Virus record (IMG/VR): IMGVR_UViG_3300044783_000109
Location: 1 to 60,216 of that record
Length of the DNA: 60,216 bases
Source of the DNA: a virus
Reading direction: 5' to 3' (one strand)
Shown piece after piece: positions 31,798-41,179 of this stretch. Made by a program: the position numbers and the translations under genes. Within the stretch, counting starts at the first letter, position 1. Each line of letters starts with the position of its first letter. A model generated the notes under the pieces. It worked only from the letters and a program-made list of their open reading frames with translations. It ran no database searches and had not been told where the DNA came from.

Positions 31798-32928
31798 ATG
31801 GCCCCCATCTCCGAGAAGTTCGCTGACGAGTTCCTGCGCCTTGCCGTCGACGGCCAGCGCGCGGGCGAGGGCGTGCGCGCGCAGCTCCTGACGCTCCTGC
31901 GCGGAATGGAGCAGGACGTCGTCTCGGCCGTCCAGGGCTCGGACCTCAGCAGCCAGCGATCCGCGAATGACCTCATCAGAGAGATGTCCGAGATCGTGGA
32001 CACGTCGTTCGAGGGGATCAACTCGAGCATGCGACGGCAGCTGATCGAGCTGGGGAAGGCCTACCTGAAGAAGACCATCGCCGCCTCGAACAGCATCATG
32101 GGCGCCGCCGTCTTCATCTCGAAGAAGGGCGCGCCAGGGGTGGAGGCGATGGTGAAGAACCAGGTGATCCTCGGCGGGAAGCTCGAGGAGTTCTTCCAGA
32201 AGCAATCCGCCGACACTGGCTTCCGCTTCTCGCAGGAGATCCGCCGCGGGCTCATCGAGGGCCGCACGAACGACCAGATCCTCATGAGCATGCGTGGGCA
32301 GCGCACGGGGCGGCAGGTGGAGGCGCTGTTTCGCGGAAAGCCCCGCATGGTCCCCGAATATTCTGGCGGGCTGTTCGACACCTCGCGGAGGGAGCTGGCG
32401 ACGCTTGTGCGGACGGGCGTCGCGAACGTCAACAACAACGTGATGGACGAGCTCTATCAGGACAACGAGGACATCCTCCGCGGCCGCCAGGCGCTCGTGA
32501 CCTTCGATTTGCGTACGAGTCCAATCTGCCGATCGCGTTCGATGGCCGCGTGGAGTCTTGACGGCGAGCCGCTCCCCGATAGCCCTGTCCAAATCCCATT
32601 CCCAGGCACGCCCCCCTGGCATCCGAACTGTAGGACCTACCTAATTCCATTGACGAAGTCCTGGGAGCAGATCATCGAGGAGACGACGGGCAAGCGCCAG
32701 AAGGTGCTCGAGCGCGTGCCCACGACCGTGCGTTCGAGTATGGACGGCGAAGTGGCGGCCGATCAGACGTACGACCAGTGGCTCCGCAAGCGCTCGGAGG
32801 AGGACCAGAAGGAAGTGCTTGGGCCCGGCAAGTGGGAGTTGTGGAAGAAGGACCGGCTGACGATGGCGCAGCTGGTCGACCAGGCGGGCAACCCGCTGAC
32901 CATTGAGGAATTGGGAAGGCTCAACTGA
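31798..32928 (+). CDS. Head morphogenesis protein (SPP1 gp7 / Mu F-like)
   Basis: Follows the portal. Has the PPWHPNCRTYLIP motif typical of the family. Confidence 0.8.
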   Translation: MAPISEKFADEFLRLAVDGQRAGEGVRAQLLTLLRGMEQDVVSAVQGSDLSSQRSANDLIREMSEIVDTSFEGINSSMRRQLIELGKAYLKKTIAASNSIMGAAVFISKKGAPGVEAMVKNQVILGGKLEEFFQKQSADTGFRFSQEIRRGLIEGRTNDQILMSMRGQRTGRQVEALFRGKPRMVPEYSGGLFDTSRRELATLVRTGVANVNNNVMDELYQDNEDILRGRQALVTFDLRTSPICRSRSMAAWSLDGEPLPDSPVQIPFPGTPPWHPNCRTYLIPLTKSWEQIIEETTGKRQKVLERVPTTVRSSMDGEVAADQTYDQWLRKRSEEDQKEVLGPGKWELWKKDRLTMAQLVDQAGNPLTIEELGRLN

Positions 32929-33209
32929 TGGCCGACGACCCCTGCTACCCGTGGGACCGCACGGAGTTTTCACCGAAGCCCGTGCATGTCTATCCACTTT
33001 TCGGCAAACGACATAAGCTGAAGGGAACCGGTTGCTGGTGCGAGCCACGGCTCAGCATGCCGTGTCCTCAATGCGATGGTGATAAGGATTGTTGGCGCTG
33101 CCACGGCGATGGCTGGGTTGAGGCCACCGTTCCAGGCGATGCGCTAATGGTCATTCACAATGCGGTTAAAGAGTATGTTTCCAACGTTTCAACCCCAAGG
33201 GAGAAGTGA
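32928..33209 (+). CDS. Cys-rich small protein (93 aa)
   Basis: CWCEP ... CPQCDG ... CWRCHGDGW. Confidence 0.6.
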   Translation: MADDPCYPWDRTEFSPKPVHVYPLFGKRHKLKGTGCWCEPRLSMPCPQCDGDKDCWRCHGDGWVEATVPGDALMVIHNAVKEYVSNVSTPREK

Positions 33210-33212
33210 ATC

Positions 33213-34004
33213 ATGGCGAAGCTCAAGGACAACGTGAAGGATCTCACCGAGGTCGAAGAGAAATTCCGCGAGGCCTACGTCAAGGGCGATGACGGAACCT
33301 TCGTACTCGATCGCGAGGGCTCGGATGCCCCCAGACTGAAGGAGTTCCGAGAGAAAAACCTCACTCTTGAGGCCGACCTCAAGAATGCCAGGGCGCAGCT
33401 CGGGAAGCTCAAAGACATCGATCCAGAGAAGTATAAGGACGCAATCGCGGCGCTGGACAAGATCGATCAGATGGAAGAGGGCCAGCTGCTCAAGGCTGGG
33501 AAACTGGAAGAGGTACTCCAGAAGCGTACCGAAAACATGCGCTCTACCTTCGATAAGCAGCTGGCCGAGAAGGATAAAGCGTACGGAACGGAGAAGAAGG
33601 AGAAAGAGACCATTTATGGTGAGTTGGCGAAGATGAAGATCGAGGACCTGGCGGTTACCTCTCTCAATGATCTCGGCTTCAAGATTCGAAAAGGGGCCCT
33701 CGTGGACCTGAAAGCTCGGATCGACAGGGCTTGGACTCTGGACGATAGCCGCAAGCCATTCGCCTTCAAAAACGGGAACCACAAGGATCCAGAATTCGGG
33801 AGCAAGGGCGGAGAGCCGATCAGCATGCCGGAATGGCTTCAGAAGACCTTCGAAGATGCCCCGCATCTCCTCGAACCATCTCAGGGAGGCGGGGCCCAGG
33901 GCGGCGGCAAGGGGGGCGCATCTGGTGGTCCGGTCAAAGACCACGACGGCCTCCTGGAAAACATCAAGGAAGTCGCGAAAGGCTCAAAGAAATTCGAAGC
34001 CTGA
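33213..34004 (+). CDS. Scaffolding protein
   Basis: Charged, coiled-coil-like 263-aa protein between the MuF-like gene and the capsid gene. Confidence 0.65.
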   Translation: MAKLKDNVKDLTEVEEKFREAYVKGDDGTFVLDREGSDAPRLKEFREKNLTLEADLKNARAQLGKLKDIDPEKYKDAIAALDKIDQMEEGQLLKAGKLEEVLQKRTENMRSTFDKQLAEKDKAYGTEKKEKETIYGELAKMKIEDLAVTSLNDLGFKIRKGALVDLKARIDRAWTLDDSRKPFAFKNGNHKDPEFGSKGGEPISMPEWLQKTFEDAPHLLEPSQGGGAQGGGKGGASGGPVKDHDGLLENIKEVAKGSKKFEA

Positions 34005-34058
34005 GACAAGAAGGTTGCCTCGGGTCGCGGAACTACCTAAGCTCCCGTACATAGCCAC

Positions 34059-34108
34059 TACTCAGCGGCGCTGAGTAACTGGCCCGTGCACCATCAGCGG
34101 CGCTGATG
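34059..34108 (+). other. Two near-identical short hairpins in the scaffold-capsid spacer
   Basis: TACTCAGC-GGC-GCTGAGTA (34059-34077) and CATCAGC-GGC-GCTGATG (34092-34108). They share the core TCAGCGGCGCTGA. Confidence 0.7.
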
Positions 34109-34209
34109 ACTGCATTGGAAATGTTCCGCGACCTGCGGCGCAGGCCTGCGGCCCTCCGGCGGAGGGGTGATCAACCAAAGATCGGCCCTCATTACCCCCG
34201 GAGGGATCA

Positions 34210-35370
34210 GTGGCGCAGGACTTTACGGCCATCGTGCCGCAGATTTGGGCGCAGTTTGCGCTCATGCTTCGCGAGAACGCTCTCATGAGCCGCCTCGTGA
34301 ATACGGCATATTCGAAGGAAGCTGGCGAGAATGGATCGACCGTGAAGGTCCCCGTCGGCTCGGACATGACAGTCGGAGATGTCACGCCAGGCGCGACCTC
34401 CCCGGCGGTCACAACGGAGCTGAAGCCGACCACGGTTGACGTGGCCATCACCTCCTGGAAGGAAGTCTCCTGGGCCATCACCGACCTCGAAGGTCGGCAG
34501 ATCCGCGCCGGAGTCACCCCCGAGGCGCTCAAGCGCGCTGCCAGGGCGCTCACGAACATCGTCGATACGGCGATTTTCGCGAACTACAAGAAGGTCGCTG
34601 GATACTTCGGCACCGCCGGAACAACCCCCTTCAGTCAGGCGGACTTGGCCGACACTTCGGACGTCACCGGAGTCCGCGCCGTCCTCAACAAGCAACTCTG
34701 CCCGATCGAGGATGACCTGCGGCATCTTGTCCTCGATCCCGATGCGGACGGAAAGGCACTAACGCGGCGCGCTCTCCAGGATGCGAGCTGGAGCGGCAAG
34801 ATGGATGCCATCATAGATGGCCGCCTCAATCGCCGGCTCGGCTTCAACTTCTGGATGGACCAGAACGTTCCGAAGCACACGAGTACCCCACTGTCCGCCG
34901 GAGCCGCGACCGTGAACGGAGCGCATGCGACCCTCGGCGTGACGACCATCTCCATTGCGAAGGCCACTGGCACTTCGCCCCTCGTCAAGGGAGACATCAT
35001 CCTTTTCACCGGAGATCCACAAACCTATGTGGTCACCGCCGATGTGACCCTCGCGGTCGGAAACACGAACGTCACCGTCTTCCCCGGGCTCAAGGTCACG
35101 AAGGCCGGAGGCGAGACGATGACGCTGAAGGCCACGCACGTCGTGAACCTGGCTTTCCATCGCGATGCCTTCGCGTTCGTCTCGCGTCCGCTCGCGCCCC
35201 CGATGCTCGAAGATTCCAAGCGGAACTTCTACAGCGAGGTGGATCCGGTCAGCGGGCTCTCCTTCACCGTCGAGATCAAGCGAGAGCACTACCGCGATCG
35301 GTGCGCAGTGAGCCTCAACTTCGGCACGGACACCATCTACCCCGAGATGGCTTCACGGCTCGCCGGCTGA
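34210..35370 (+). CDS. Major capsid protein (P22-coat-like family by N-terminal motif)
   Basis: GTG after GGAGGG; 386 aa. IVPQIWAQFALMLRENALMSRLVNTAYSKEAGENGSTVKVPV resembles the PF11651-type N-terminus. Position between scaffold and connectors. Confidence 0.75.
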   Translation: MAQDFTAIVPQIWAQFALMLRENALMSRLVNTAYSKEAGENGSTVKVPVGSDMTVGDVTPGATSPAVTTELKPTTVDVAITSWKEVSWAITDLEGRQIRAGVTPEALKRAARALTNIVDTAIFANYKKVAGYFGTAGTTPFSQADLADTSDVTGVRAVLNKQLCPIEDDLRHLVLDPDADGKALTRRALQDASWSGKMDAIIDGRLNRRLGFNFWMDQNVPKHTSTPLSAGAATVNGAHATLGVTTISIAKATGTSPLVKGDIILFTGDPQTYVVTADVTLAVGNTNVTVFPGLKVTKAGGETMTLKATHVVNLAFHRDAFAFVSRPLAPPMLEDSKRNFYSEVDPVSGLSFTVEIKREHYRDRCAVSLNFGTDTIYPEMASRLAG

Positions 35371-35389
35371 AACTTCTTGTTGATGCTGG

Positions 35390-35422
35390 GCTGGCGAGGC
35401 GCCCTGCCCGCTCCTCGCCAGC
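35390..35422 (+). terminator. Terminator-like hairpin after the capsid gene
   Basis: 10-bp stem GCTGGCGAGG/CCTCGCCAGC followed by a T-rich tract. Confidence 0.5.
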
Positions 35423-35534
35423 CGCTTCAACTCTTCTTCGATTCCTATTCCTGGAGGGAGGCTATGTACGATCGAGCGCAGGTGCGGCTGCTTAGGCTGG
35501 TCTGCGTCACCGTCGCGGCCGCGGAGGGCGATCG

Positions 35535-36065
35535 ATGGCCCAGGTGATCATCATCACCACGCCAAAGGGCGCGACCTCCAACGCCTACTGCGACGAGGAC
35601 AAGGCGACGGTCATCCTCCTGCAGCATCGCCTCCACTCCTCGAAGTGGGAGGCGGCGACCATCGACGAGCAGCGGGCGGCGCTCATCTGGGCCACACGAC
35701 TGATCGACAGCTCCTTCGACTTCGACGGCTACCGCGTGACGAAGGAGCAGGCGCTGCGCATGCCCCGCTCGGGTCTGATCGACGACGACGGGTATCAGAT
35801 CGACCCCGACACGATTCCGGTCATTCTCGAGCGCGGGACAGCCGAGTATGCGGCGGCGCTCGTCAAGGAAGACCGAACGGCCGACCCCGACCTCCTCGGC
35901 AAGGGTTTTACCAGCGTGAGCCTGGGCGAGATCAGCGTCGATGTCGGCTCGAGGCAGTCGATGCAGCTGGTTCCGGAGTACGTGGCGGAAATCCTCCGGC
36001 CGATCGCAAGGCTGAGGGCGAGCGTCCGCAAGGGCGGGCGCGTCGTCGAAGTGGTGAGGGCCTGA
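35535..36065 (+). CDS. Head-tail adaptor (gp6-like)
   Basis: NAYCDEDKA...W......E..AALIWATRLIDSSFDFDG pattern plus position after the capsid. Confidence 0.55.
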   Translation: MAQVIIITTPKGATSNAYCDEDKATVILLQHRLHSSKWEAATIDEQRAALIWATRLIDSSFDFDGYRVTKEQALRMPRSGLIDDDGYQIDPDTIPVILERGTAEYAAALVKEDRTADPDLLGKGFTSVSLGEISVDVGSRQSMQLVPEYVAEILRPIARLRASVRKGGRVVEVVRA

Positions 36066-36067
36066 CC

Positions 36068-36436
36068 ATGGGAGTGCTCGACGCGCCGATGAAGGTGGTG
36101 GCACAGACGGTGGTCAGCGCGCTCGTCACCGGCAAGGCCATCCTCCGCCGGCGAACAACCTCCTACAACCGGACGACCGGCGTCGAGTCGGTGACGGAGG
36201 TGGATCACGAGGTCAAGGTCTCGCCCTCGATGGGCTACAAGCTGAGCGAGATCGACGGCCGGTCGATCCTGCGTGGCGACTTCCGCGTGATCCTGCCGGC
36301 GGCCGAGCTCGAGGTCGAGCCCGACCCGCTGACCGATCTCCTGGTCCGCGGCGGCCTTGCCTACAAGGTGATTTCGGCCCACCCGATTTCGAGCGGCGAC
36401 GAAAACGCGGCGTTCGTGCTGCAGCTGAGGAAGTGA
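36068..36436 (+). CDS. Head-closure / head-tail joining protein (by position)
   Basis: 122-aa ORF (internal ATG of track ORF 35645..36436) between the adaptor and the gp10-like gene. Confidence 0.4.
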   Translation: MGVLDAPMKVVAQTVVSALVTGKAILRRRTTSYNRTTGVESVTEVDHEVKVSPSMGYKLSEIDGRSILRGDFRVILPAAELEVEPDPLTDLLVRGGLAYKVISAHPISSGDENAAFVLQLRK

Positions 36437-36437
36437 A

Positions 36438-36899
36438 GTGAGCTTCTCGACCGACATCTCAAAGTTCGTGAAGAAGACGGGGCTCCGCGCCGACCTGGTC
36501 GTCCGCAAGTTGGGCCTCGACGCCTACGCAGGCGTGCTCAAGCGCTCGCCGGTCGACACCGGGCGATTTCGTGGCAGCTGGCGTGTTGCGGTCGGCGGCG
36601 CCGATGGCTCGGTCAACCCGCCGGTTGCCGATCCCCCAGGTGGAGGAAAGGCCCGAAGCTCAGGACCTCAAAACGGCTCGGAGCCGGACGGACGCGAGCG
36701 GGCGTACGCCGAGGCGAAGCTCCTGGCCGCGAAGTTCGGCAAGGACCTCGTGATCTCCAACAACCTGCCGTATGCGATCCCGCTCGAGCGCGGCCCGCCC
36801 AGCCCGACTTCTAAGCAGGCACCGACGGGCGTGCTGCGCGTCACGCGCGACGACGTGTTCCACAAGTTCGCCGAAACAGTCAAGAGCGTCAGCGGATGA
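36438..36899 (+). CDS. HK97 gp10-family neck/tail-completion protein
   Basis: SPVDTGRFRGSWRV and NNLPYAIPLERG...SKQAP-GV motifs. Confidence 0.7.
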   Translation: MSFSTDISKFVKKTGLRADLVVRKLGLDAYAGVLKRSPVDTGRFRGSWRVAVGGADGSVNPPVADPPGGGKARSSGPQNGSEPDGRERAYAEAKLLAAKFGKDLVISNNLPYAIPLERGPPSPTSKQAPTGVLRVTRDDVFHKFAETVKSVSG

Positions 36900-36905
36900 C
36901 AATGA

Positions 36906-37328
36906 ATGGCAGCGGTAGATTTACGCAAGGTCCGCCAGGTGCTGAGAGAGAAGTTGCTGACCGTCCCTGGCATCCCCGCCACGGCTCTCCACGAGGCGGA
37001 GAACCGGCCGATCGTCCCGCCCGGTCCGGAGACGCCGCTGTGGATCCGCGAGAAGATGGTTCCGATTGCCGAGCCGTTGGTGGCTACCGGCCAGACGCGC
37101 ACGCGCGGGTACATGCAGTGGGACGTCGTGGCACCCGCCGGCCGCGGGACGGAGGAGGTGGAGGATCTCACGACGGCCATCCTCGCGACGTTCAAGCGGC
37201 AGGTGCTCAACTCCCAAGGAATCCAGGTCTACATCTACGACACCGACAGGGCGCAGGGACGGAAGGAGTCGGAGATCTGGTGGTCAAAACCAGTCTTCGT
37301 CTACTGGGCGGTCCACGCCATCACATGA
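36906..37328 (+). CDS. Tail-terminator-like protein (DUF4128-like)
   Basis: ENRPIVPPGPETPLWIRE ... RGYMQWDVVAP-G-G pattern and position. Confidence 0.5.
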   Translation: MAAVDLRKVRQVLREKLLTVPGIPATALHEAENRPIVPPGPETPLWIREKMVPIAEPLVATGQTRTRGYMQWDVVAPAGRGTEEVEDLTTAILATFKRQVLNSQGIQVYIYDTDRAQGRKESEIWWSKPVFVYWAVHAIT

Positions 37329-37343
37329 AAAGCGGTGAGGTGA

Positions 37344-39965
37344 ATGGCTCTCGGTAAGACACGCTTTCACTTCAGCGGCACGGTCGCAGCGACGAACACC
37401 TCAGCGGTGGACGCTGGTTGGAATACGTCGGACCAGGTTGTCCGTCGGCGCCTGCTCTACTGGAAGACGACGGGTACGCCTGGTGCCGGGAGCACCATCA
37501 ACTTAGCGGCGAATCAAAAGGAGATCGATCGACAGTACGAAGGGTTTCAGCTCCCCGCGGGCGTCGTCTTTAACAACTCTCGGCACGTGAAGGGCCAGTT
37601 GATGGTCCGGGAGGTCAACACTAATGATGACGTCACAGAGCTTTGGACTTGCCTGAAGATCGTCTCTGCCGACGGGGCGACAGTCCGGTGCGTGCTGATG
37701 GATTTTGGGCACTACAGCGGAATCAGCACGGAGTTCAGCACTGGTTTTACCAACCGGAAGATTTTCAACGGCCAGACACTCACCCTTGGAACGGAGTACA
37801 CAACGGTCGAGGGCGATCGTTTGCTTCTCGAGGTCGGACCGTTCGCCCTCACGGGCGGGACGACGCCCGCCTTTGCCGGCACCTATGGCTCGAACGGCTC
37901 AAGCGCTCCGGAAGACAACACGTCGACCGGCACGCTGGTTGGGTGGATCGAATTCGATTTTGAGTTCGCTCCGCTTGCGACCGAGCTTGCGCGGCCCGAG
38001 CGGTTCTTTCTTGGGAATGCGGCCGCGCCTGTAACCCCGACGGTGGTTGGCAGCGGGTGGGGCGCGTCGGGAAGCGCGCAGTATTCCAAGCTCGAGGCGG
38101 AGCAACAGACGGGAGACGCGCTCACGGTTGGCCAGCGCCTGGCATTCACTGCCGGTCAGAAGACGCTCGACCGCGGGCTCGTGAGTGACATCCTCGCCGA
38201 CGGAATTGTTTTCACCACTTCCGTGAATGTTTACGGCCAGGTCCAGGGACGTGAGTTCGCAACGGCCGACAACGTCACGCACGTCGTTACGGGCATCCAT
38301 GTCATCTCTGCGGACGGGACTTCCATCCTTGCGACCTTGCTCTCCGTCAACTCGCAAGGTACGGGCGTTGAGTTCCTTGCCTCGGGACTCCGCAACAAGA
38401 CAATCATGAGCGGCGTTCCGCTCACCGCAGGTTACACGACCGTCAACGGAACACCTGCCAGGCTCCTGATTGAAATCGGAGGAGTCGATACTTCGGGGGC
38501 GACGCCTGAAGTGCAGTATCTTTACGGCACCAACGGCATTCCAGTGGGCGAGAACGAGCTGGACGAGGCGTCGGGTGTCGGGTGGATTGAATTCACGATC
38601 GCCGTTCCGGTTGTTACCGGGCAGGTCCGCACGTTCGCGGCGTCGATGTCCTGCACGGCGGACTTGTCGTGCGCTTTGCGCCTCGATCTGGTGCTGGCCG
38701 CCGTCGTGGGCGTGACGGCCGACCTGGTGGCGAAAATCAACGCCGATCGCCCACTTGCGGCATCTCTTCAAGGAACGGCCGACCTCAGCGCGAGCCTCAA
38801 ACCAGATCGCCAGTTCTCCGCCACGCTCGTGGTAACCTCGGATCTCTCCGGTGCGGCGAACGTCGAGCGGCCCCTCGCGGCCAACCTGGTGGCCACTGCT
38901 GACCTTGCGGCCAAGATCACCGGCACCGTGTTCCTGGCAGCGAACCTCGCGGCCACGGCCGATCTGGTGGTTGCCGTAGCGGCCACGCGAAACCTCGCAG
39001 CGTCCTTGCAGGCTGACGCCGCCCTTGTCGCAGCCGTGGCGGTCGATCGGACGGTCTCTGCGGCTCTCCAGGCCACGGCAGACCTCCTGGCCCGGGCGAA
39101 CGTCGATCGCCACCTTGCCGCCAACCTCGTGGCTACGGCCGACCTCCTCGCGAGGATCCAGTCAGAGCTTCGCTTCGCGGCGGCGCTCAGCGCGACAGCC
39201 GACCTCGCAGCTCGCATAGACGCCACCCGCACCTTGGCCGCCGCTCTCCAGGCGGAGGCAACTCTGGCAGCGCTCATCAGCGTCGACCGACCGCTCGCCG
39301 CCGCCCTGCTCGCTACGGTCGACCTTGCTGTCGACCTCGCCACCCTGGGTCAGGTGACGTTTGCCGCGTCCCTGGTGGCAACCGCAGACCTCGCGGCGGC
39401 CCTGCGTGCGGAACGGCCGCTCGCTGCGTCCATGGTGGCGAGCGTCGACCTGCTCGCCCGCCTGGAGGCCTTCCGTGGCCTCGCCGCCTCCCTGCAGGCT
39501 GAGGCCAACATCGACAGCCGGATCAACGTCGATCGCACTCTGGCCGCGCCGGTCGCTGCCTCGGTCGACCTCGCGGCGAGGCTCGCGGCAGAGCGGCCGT
39601 TCGCCGCGTCGATGGTCTGCACGGCCGACCTCCTGGCTTCCATCCGGGCGGATCGCAACTTTGCCGCCGCGCTCCAGGCGGATGCAAACCTTGCTGCCCG
39701 TGTGGACGTCGATCGAGGCTTTGCCTGCGGGCTCTCGGGCGACGCGAACATTTCCGTCGGCCTCATCCGCAGCGTGCCACTGGCGGCCGCGCTCGTGGCC
39801 GACGCCAACCTCGTGGTCTCGCTCGTCGTGAGCGACGAGCCGCTGCCCTTCCAGGAGGGAAACACATCTGTGTGGACTGTTCCGGCGCTCCATTCCACGT
39901 GGGAGGTGCCAGCGCTCGATTCTACGTGGGAGGTCCCAAGCGTGCCGGCCACTTGGACGGCGTGA
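37344..39965 (+). CDS. 873-aa virion-module protein: duplicated ~210-aa N-terminal domain + 20 tandem 20-residue repeats + short TW-x-VP repeats
   Basis: ORF track. Both N-terminal domains end in GWIEF. Repeat consensus is roughly LAA-L-ATADL-A-I--DR-. Antisense ORFs are shadows. Confidence 0.8.
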   Translation: MALGKTRFHFSGTVAATNTSAVDAGWNTSDQVVRRRLLYWKTTGTPGAGSTINLAANQKEIDRQYEGFQLPAGVVFNNSRHVKGQLMVREVNTNDDVTELWTCLKIVSADGATVRCVLMDFGHYSGISTEFSTGFTNRKIFNGQTLTLGTEYTTVEGDRLLLEVGPFALTGGTTPAFAGTYGSNGSSAPEDNTSTGTLVGWIEFDFEFAPLATELARPERFFLGNAAAPVTPTVVGSGWGASGSAQYSKLEAEQQTGDALTVGQRLAFTAGQKTLDRGLVSDILADGIVFTTSVNVYGQVQGREFATADNVTHVVTGIHVISADGTSILATLLSVNSQGTGVEFLASGLRNKTIMSGVPLTAGYTTVNGTPARLLIEIGGVDTSGATPEVQYLYGTNGIPVGENELDEASGVGWIEFTIAVPVVTGQVRTFAASMSCTADLSCALRLDLVLAAVVGVTADLVAKINADRPLAASLQGTADLSASLKPDRQFSATLVVTSDLSGAANVERPLAANLVATADLAAKITGTVFLAANLAATADLVVAVAATRNLAASLQADAALVAAVAVDRTVSAALQATADLLARANVDRHLAANLVATADLLARIQSELRFAAALSATADLAARIDATRTLAAALQAEATLAALISVDRPLAAALLATVDLAVDLATLGQVTFAASLVATADLAAALRAERPLAASMVASVDLLARLEAFRGLAASLQAEANIDSRINVDRTLAAPVAASVDLAARLAAERPFAASMVCTADLLASIRADRNFAAALQADANLAARVDVDRGFACGLSGDANISVGLIRSVPLAAALVADANLVVSLVVSDEPLPFQEGNTSVWTVPALHSTWEVPALDSTWEVPSVPATWTA
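38634..39842 (+). repeat. Coding tandem-repeat array, ~60-bp period, 20 degenerate units
   Basis: Protein residues 431-833 parse into 18 units of 20 aa plus one of 22 and one of 21. Confidence 0.85.
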
Positions 39966-39989
39966 ACCGAAGGAAACCAGGAGGCACGA

Positions 39990-40406
39990 ATGCCATTCTC
40001 GACCGCGATTGATAACTCGATCCTCGATCACTTCTTCACCAAGGCCACGTGGGCGGCGCGGACGGCCAACGCGACGTGGATCGGGCTGAGCTCGACGACC
40101 CCCACGAAGGCCGGAGGCAACGTCACGGAGCCTTCAGGCGGAGCGTACGCACGCGTGCAGCTGACCGCGGCCGAGGTGGACACCGCGGCCTCGAGCGCCA
40201 CGACGTCGAATGCCGAGCAGGCGTTCGCGCAGGCGTCGGCCGACTGGGTTGCCGGCGCCGATCTGACGCACCTCGTCCTTATGGACGCGTCGAGCGCCGG
40301 GACATTCCTCGCCTTCAAGGCGCTGACCACGGCGAAGCCTGTTCTGAGCGGCGACACGGCCAAGATTCCAGCGGGTGATCTGGACGCAGCGATCGGCGGA
40401 ACGTAA
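39990..40406 (+). CDS. Hypothetical virion-module protein (138 aa)
   Basis: ORF track. N-terminus MPFSTAIDNSILDHFF...; no function recognised. Confidence 0.65.
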   Translation: MPFSTAIDNSILDHFFTKATWAARTANATWIGLSSTTPTKAGGNVTEPSGGAYARVQLTAAEVDTAASSATTSNAEQAFAQASADWVAGADLTHLVLMDASSAGTFLAFKALTTAKPVLSGDTAKIPAGDLDAAIGGT

Positions 40407-40464
40407 TCGACTGAGGCGTTAGCAGCACGGAAGTCCAACCAATAAAGGAAGGAAAGAAAACACA

Positions 40465-40845
40465 ATGGATCTCGTCGAGAGAAAAAAGCAGTACGAGGCG
40501 CAGGTGCGGGCGGTGTACGAGAGGAAGGATCAGCTGCTGAAGGCCTCGCGTGGCAAGAAGGCGCTGCGCCCGACGATCGACCGGCTGGCCGAAGCGTGGG
40601 AGGAGATGGTCGCCGTCGCCTACGACCAGGACCGGTTCTCGGTCTTGGCTCAATACTGCCCGCCGGACGAAAAAGGCAAGGCGAAGAAGGCGTTTTACGA
40701 CGACTACTGCGCGAAGGCCGGACCGCGCATTGCGGCGCTGACCGAACAGGCGAAGCAGCTGGAGACGGAGCTGGCGAAGCTCTCGGCAGAGTCCAAGGCG
40801 GCGGAGCTGGCGACGGCCGCAGCCAAGGCCTCGGCCGCCCCCTGA
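40465..40845 (+). CDS. Coiled-coil hypothetical protein (126 aa)
   Basis: ORF track; AAGGAAGGAAAG upstream. Confidence 0.6.
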   Translation: MDLVERKKQYEAQVRAVYERKDQLLKASRGKKALRPTIDRLAEAWEEMVAVAYDQDRFSVLAQYCPPDEKGKAKKAFYDDYCAKAGPRIAALTEQAKQLETELAKLSAESKAAELATAAAKASAAP

Positions 40846-40859
40846 GAACCTGACGCCCC

Positions 40860-41153
40860 ATGGCCCACCGCGCACCTGAAGAGCTGGTCAAAACCCCTTA
40901 CGAGGAGGTGCTCTGCGACTTCGACCTGACGAAGCGCCTGAAGGAGGGTGAGACCATCGGCCTGTTCTCCGAGCAGAACATCACGGTCGTTCCGAGCGAT
41001 GTCACGGTCGTAAACGTGGCGGTGTTGACCCCACGTGTGCAGGTGAAGCTGGCCGGCGGCGCGGCCGGTGGAGAGTACGAGGTCAACGGCAAGCTCGTGA
41101 CCAGCTTGCAGAAGCTCGAGGTCCAAGGCGCGCTGAAGGTCAGAAACCCTTAG
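40860..41153 (+). CDS. Hypothetical protein (97 aa), beta-rich
   Basis: ORF track. Confidence 0.6.
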   Translation: MAHRAPEELVKTPYEEVLCDFDLTKRLKEGETIGLFSEQNITVVPSDVTVVNVAVLTPRVQVKLAGGAAGGEYEVNGKLVTSLQKLEVQGALKVRNP

Positions 41154-41179
41154 AGAAGAAGAATGGATAGGAGCCCCAC

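Noticed and set aside
35464-35547. 27-aa micro-ORF with GGAGGGAGG upstream, between the capsid terminator and the adaptor gene
   Set aside because: It is very short and overlaps the adaptor start out of the usual ATGA pattern. The same purine tract can be explained as chance or as part of the adaptor leader. Evidence is insufficient.
38634-39842. CRISPR-like regular 60-bp periodicity
   Set aside because: The units are degenerate at the DNA level, there is no alternation of repeats and unique spacers, and the whole array is an in-frame part of a long ORF.
37899-40031. Long minus-strand ORFs (404 aa and 289 aa) opposite the 873-aa repeat protein
   Set aside because: They exist only because the Ala/Leu/Asp repeat codons lack stops on the complement. 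The translations are Arg/Gly-rich and aperiodic in any meaningful sense.
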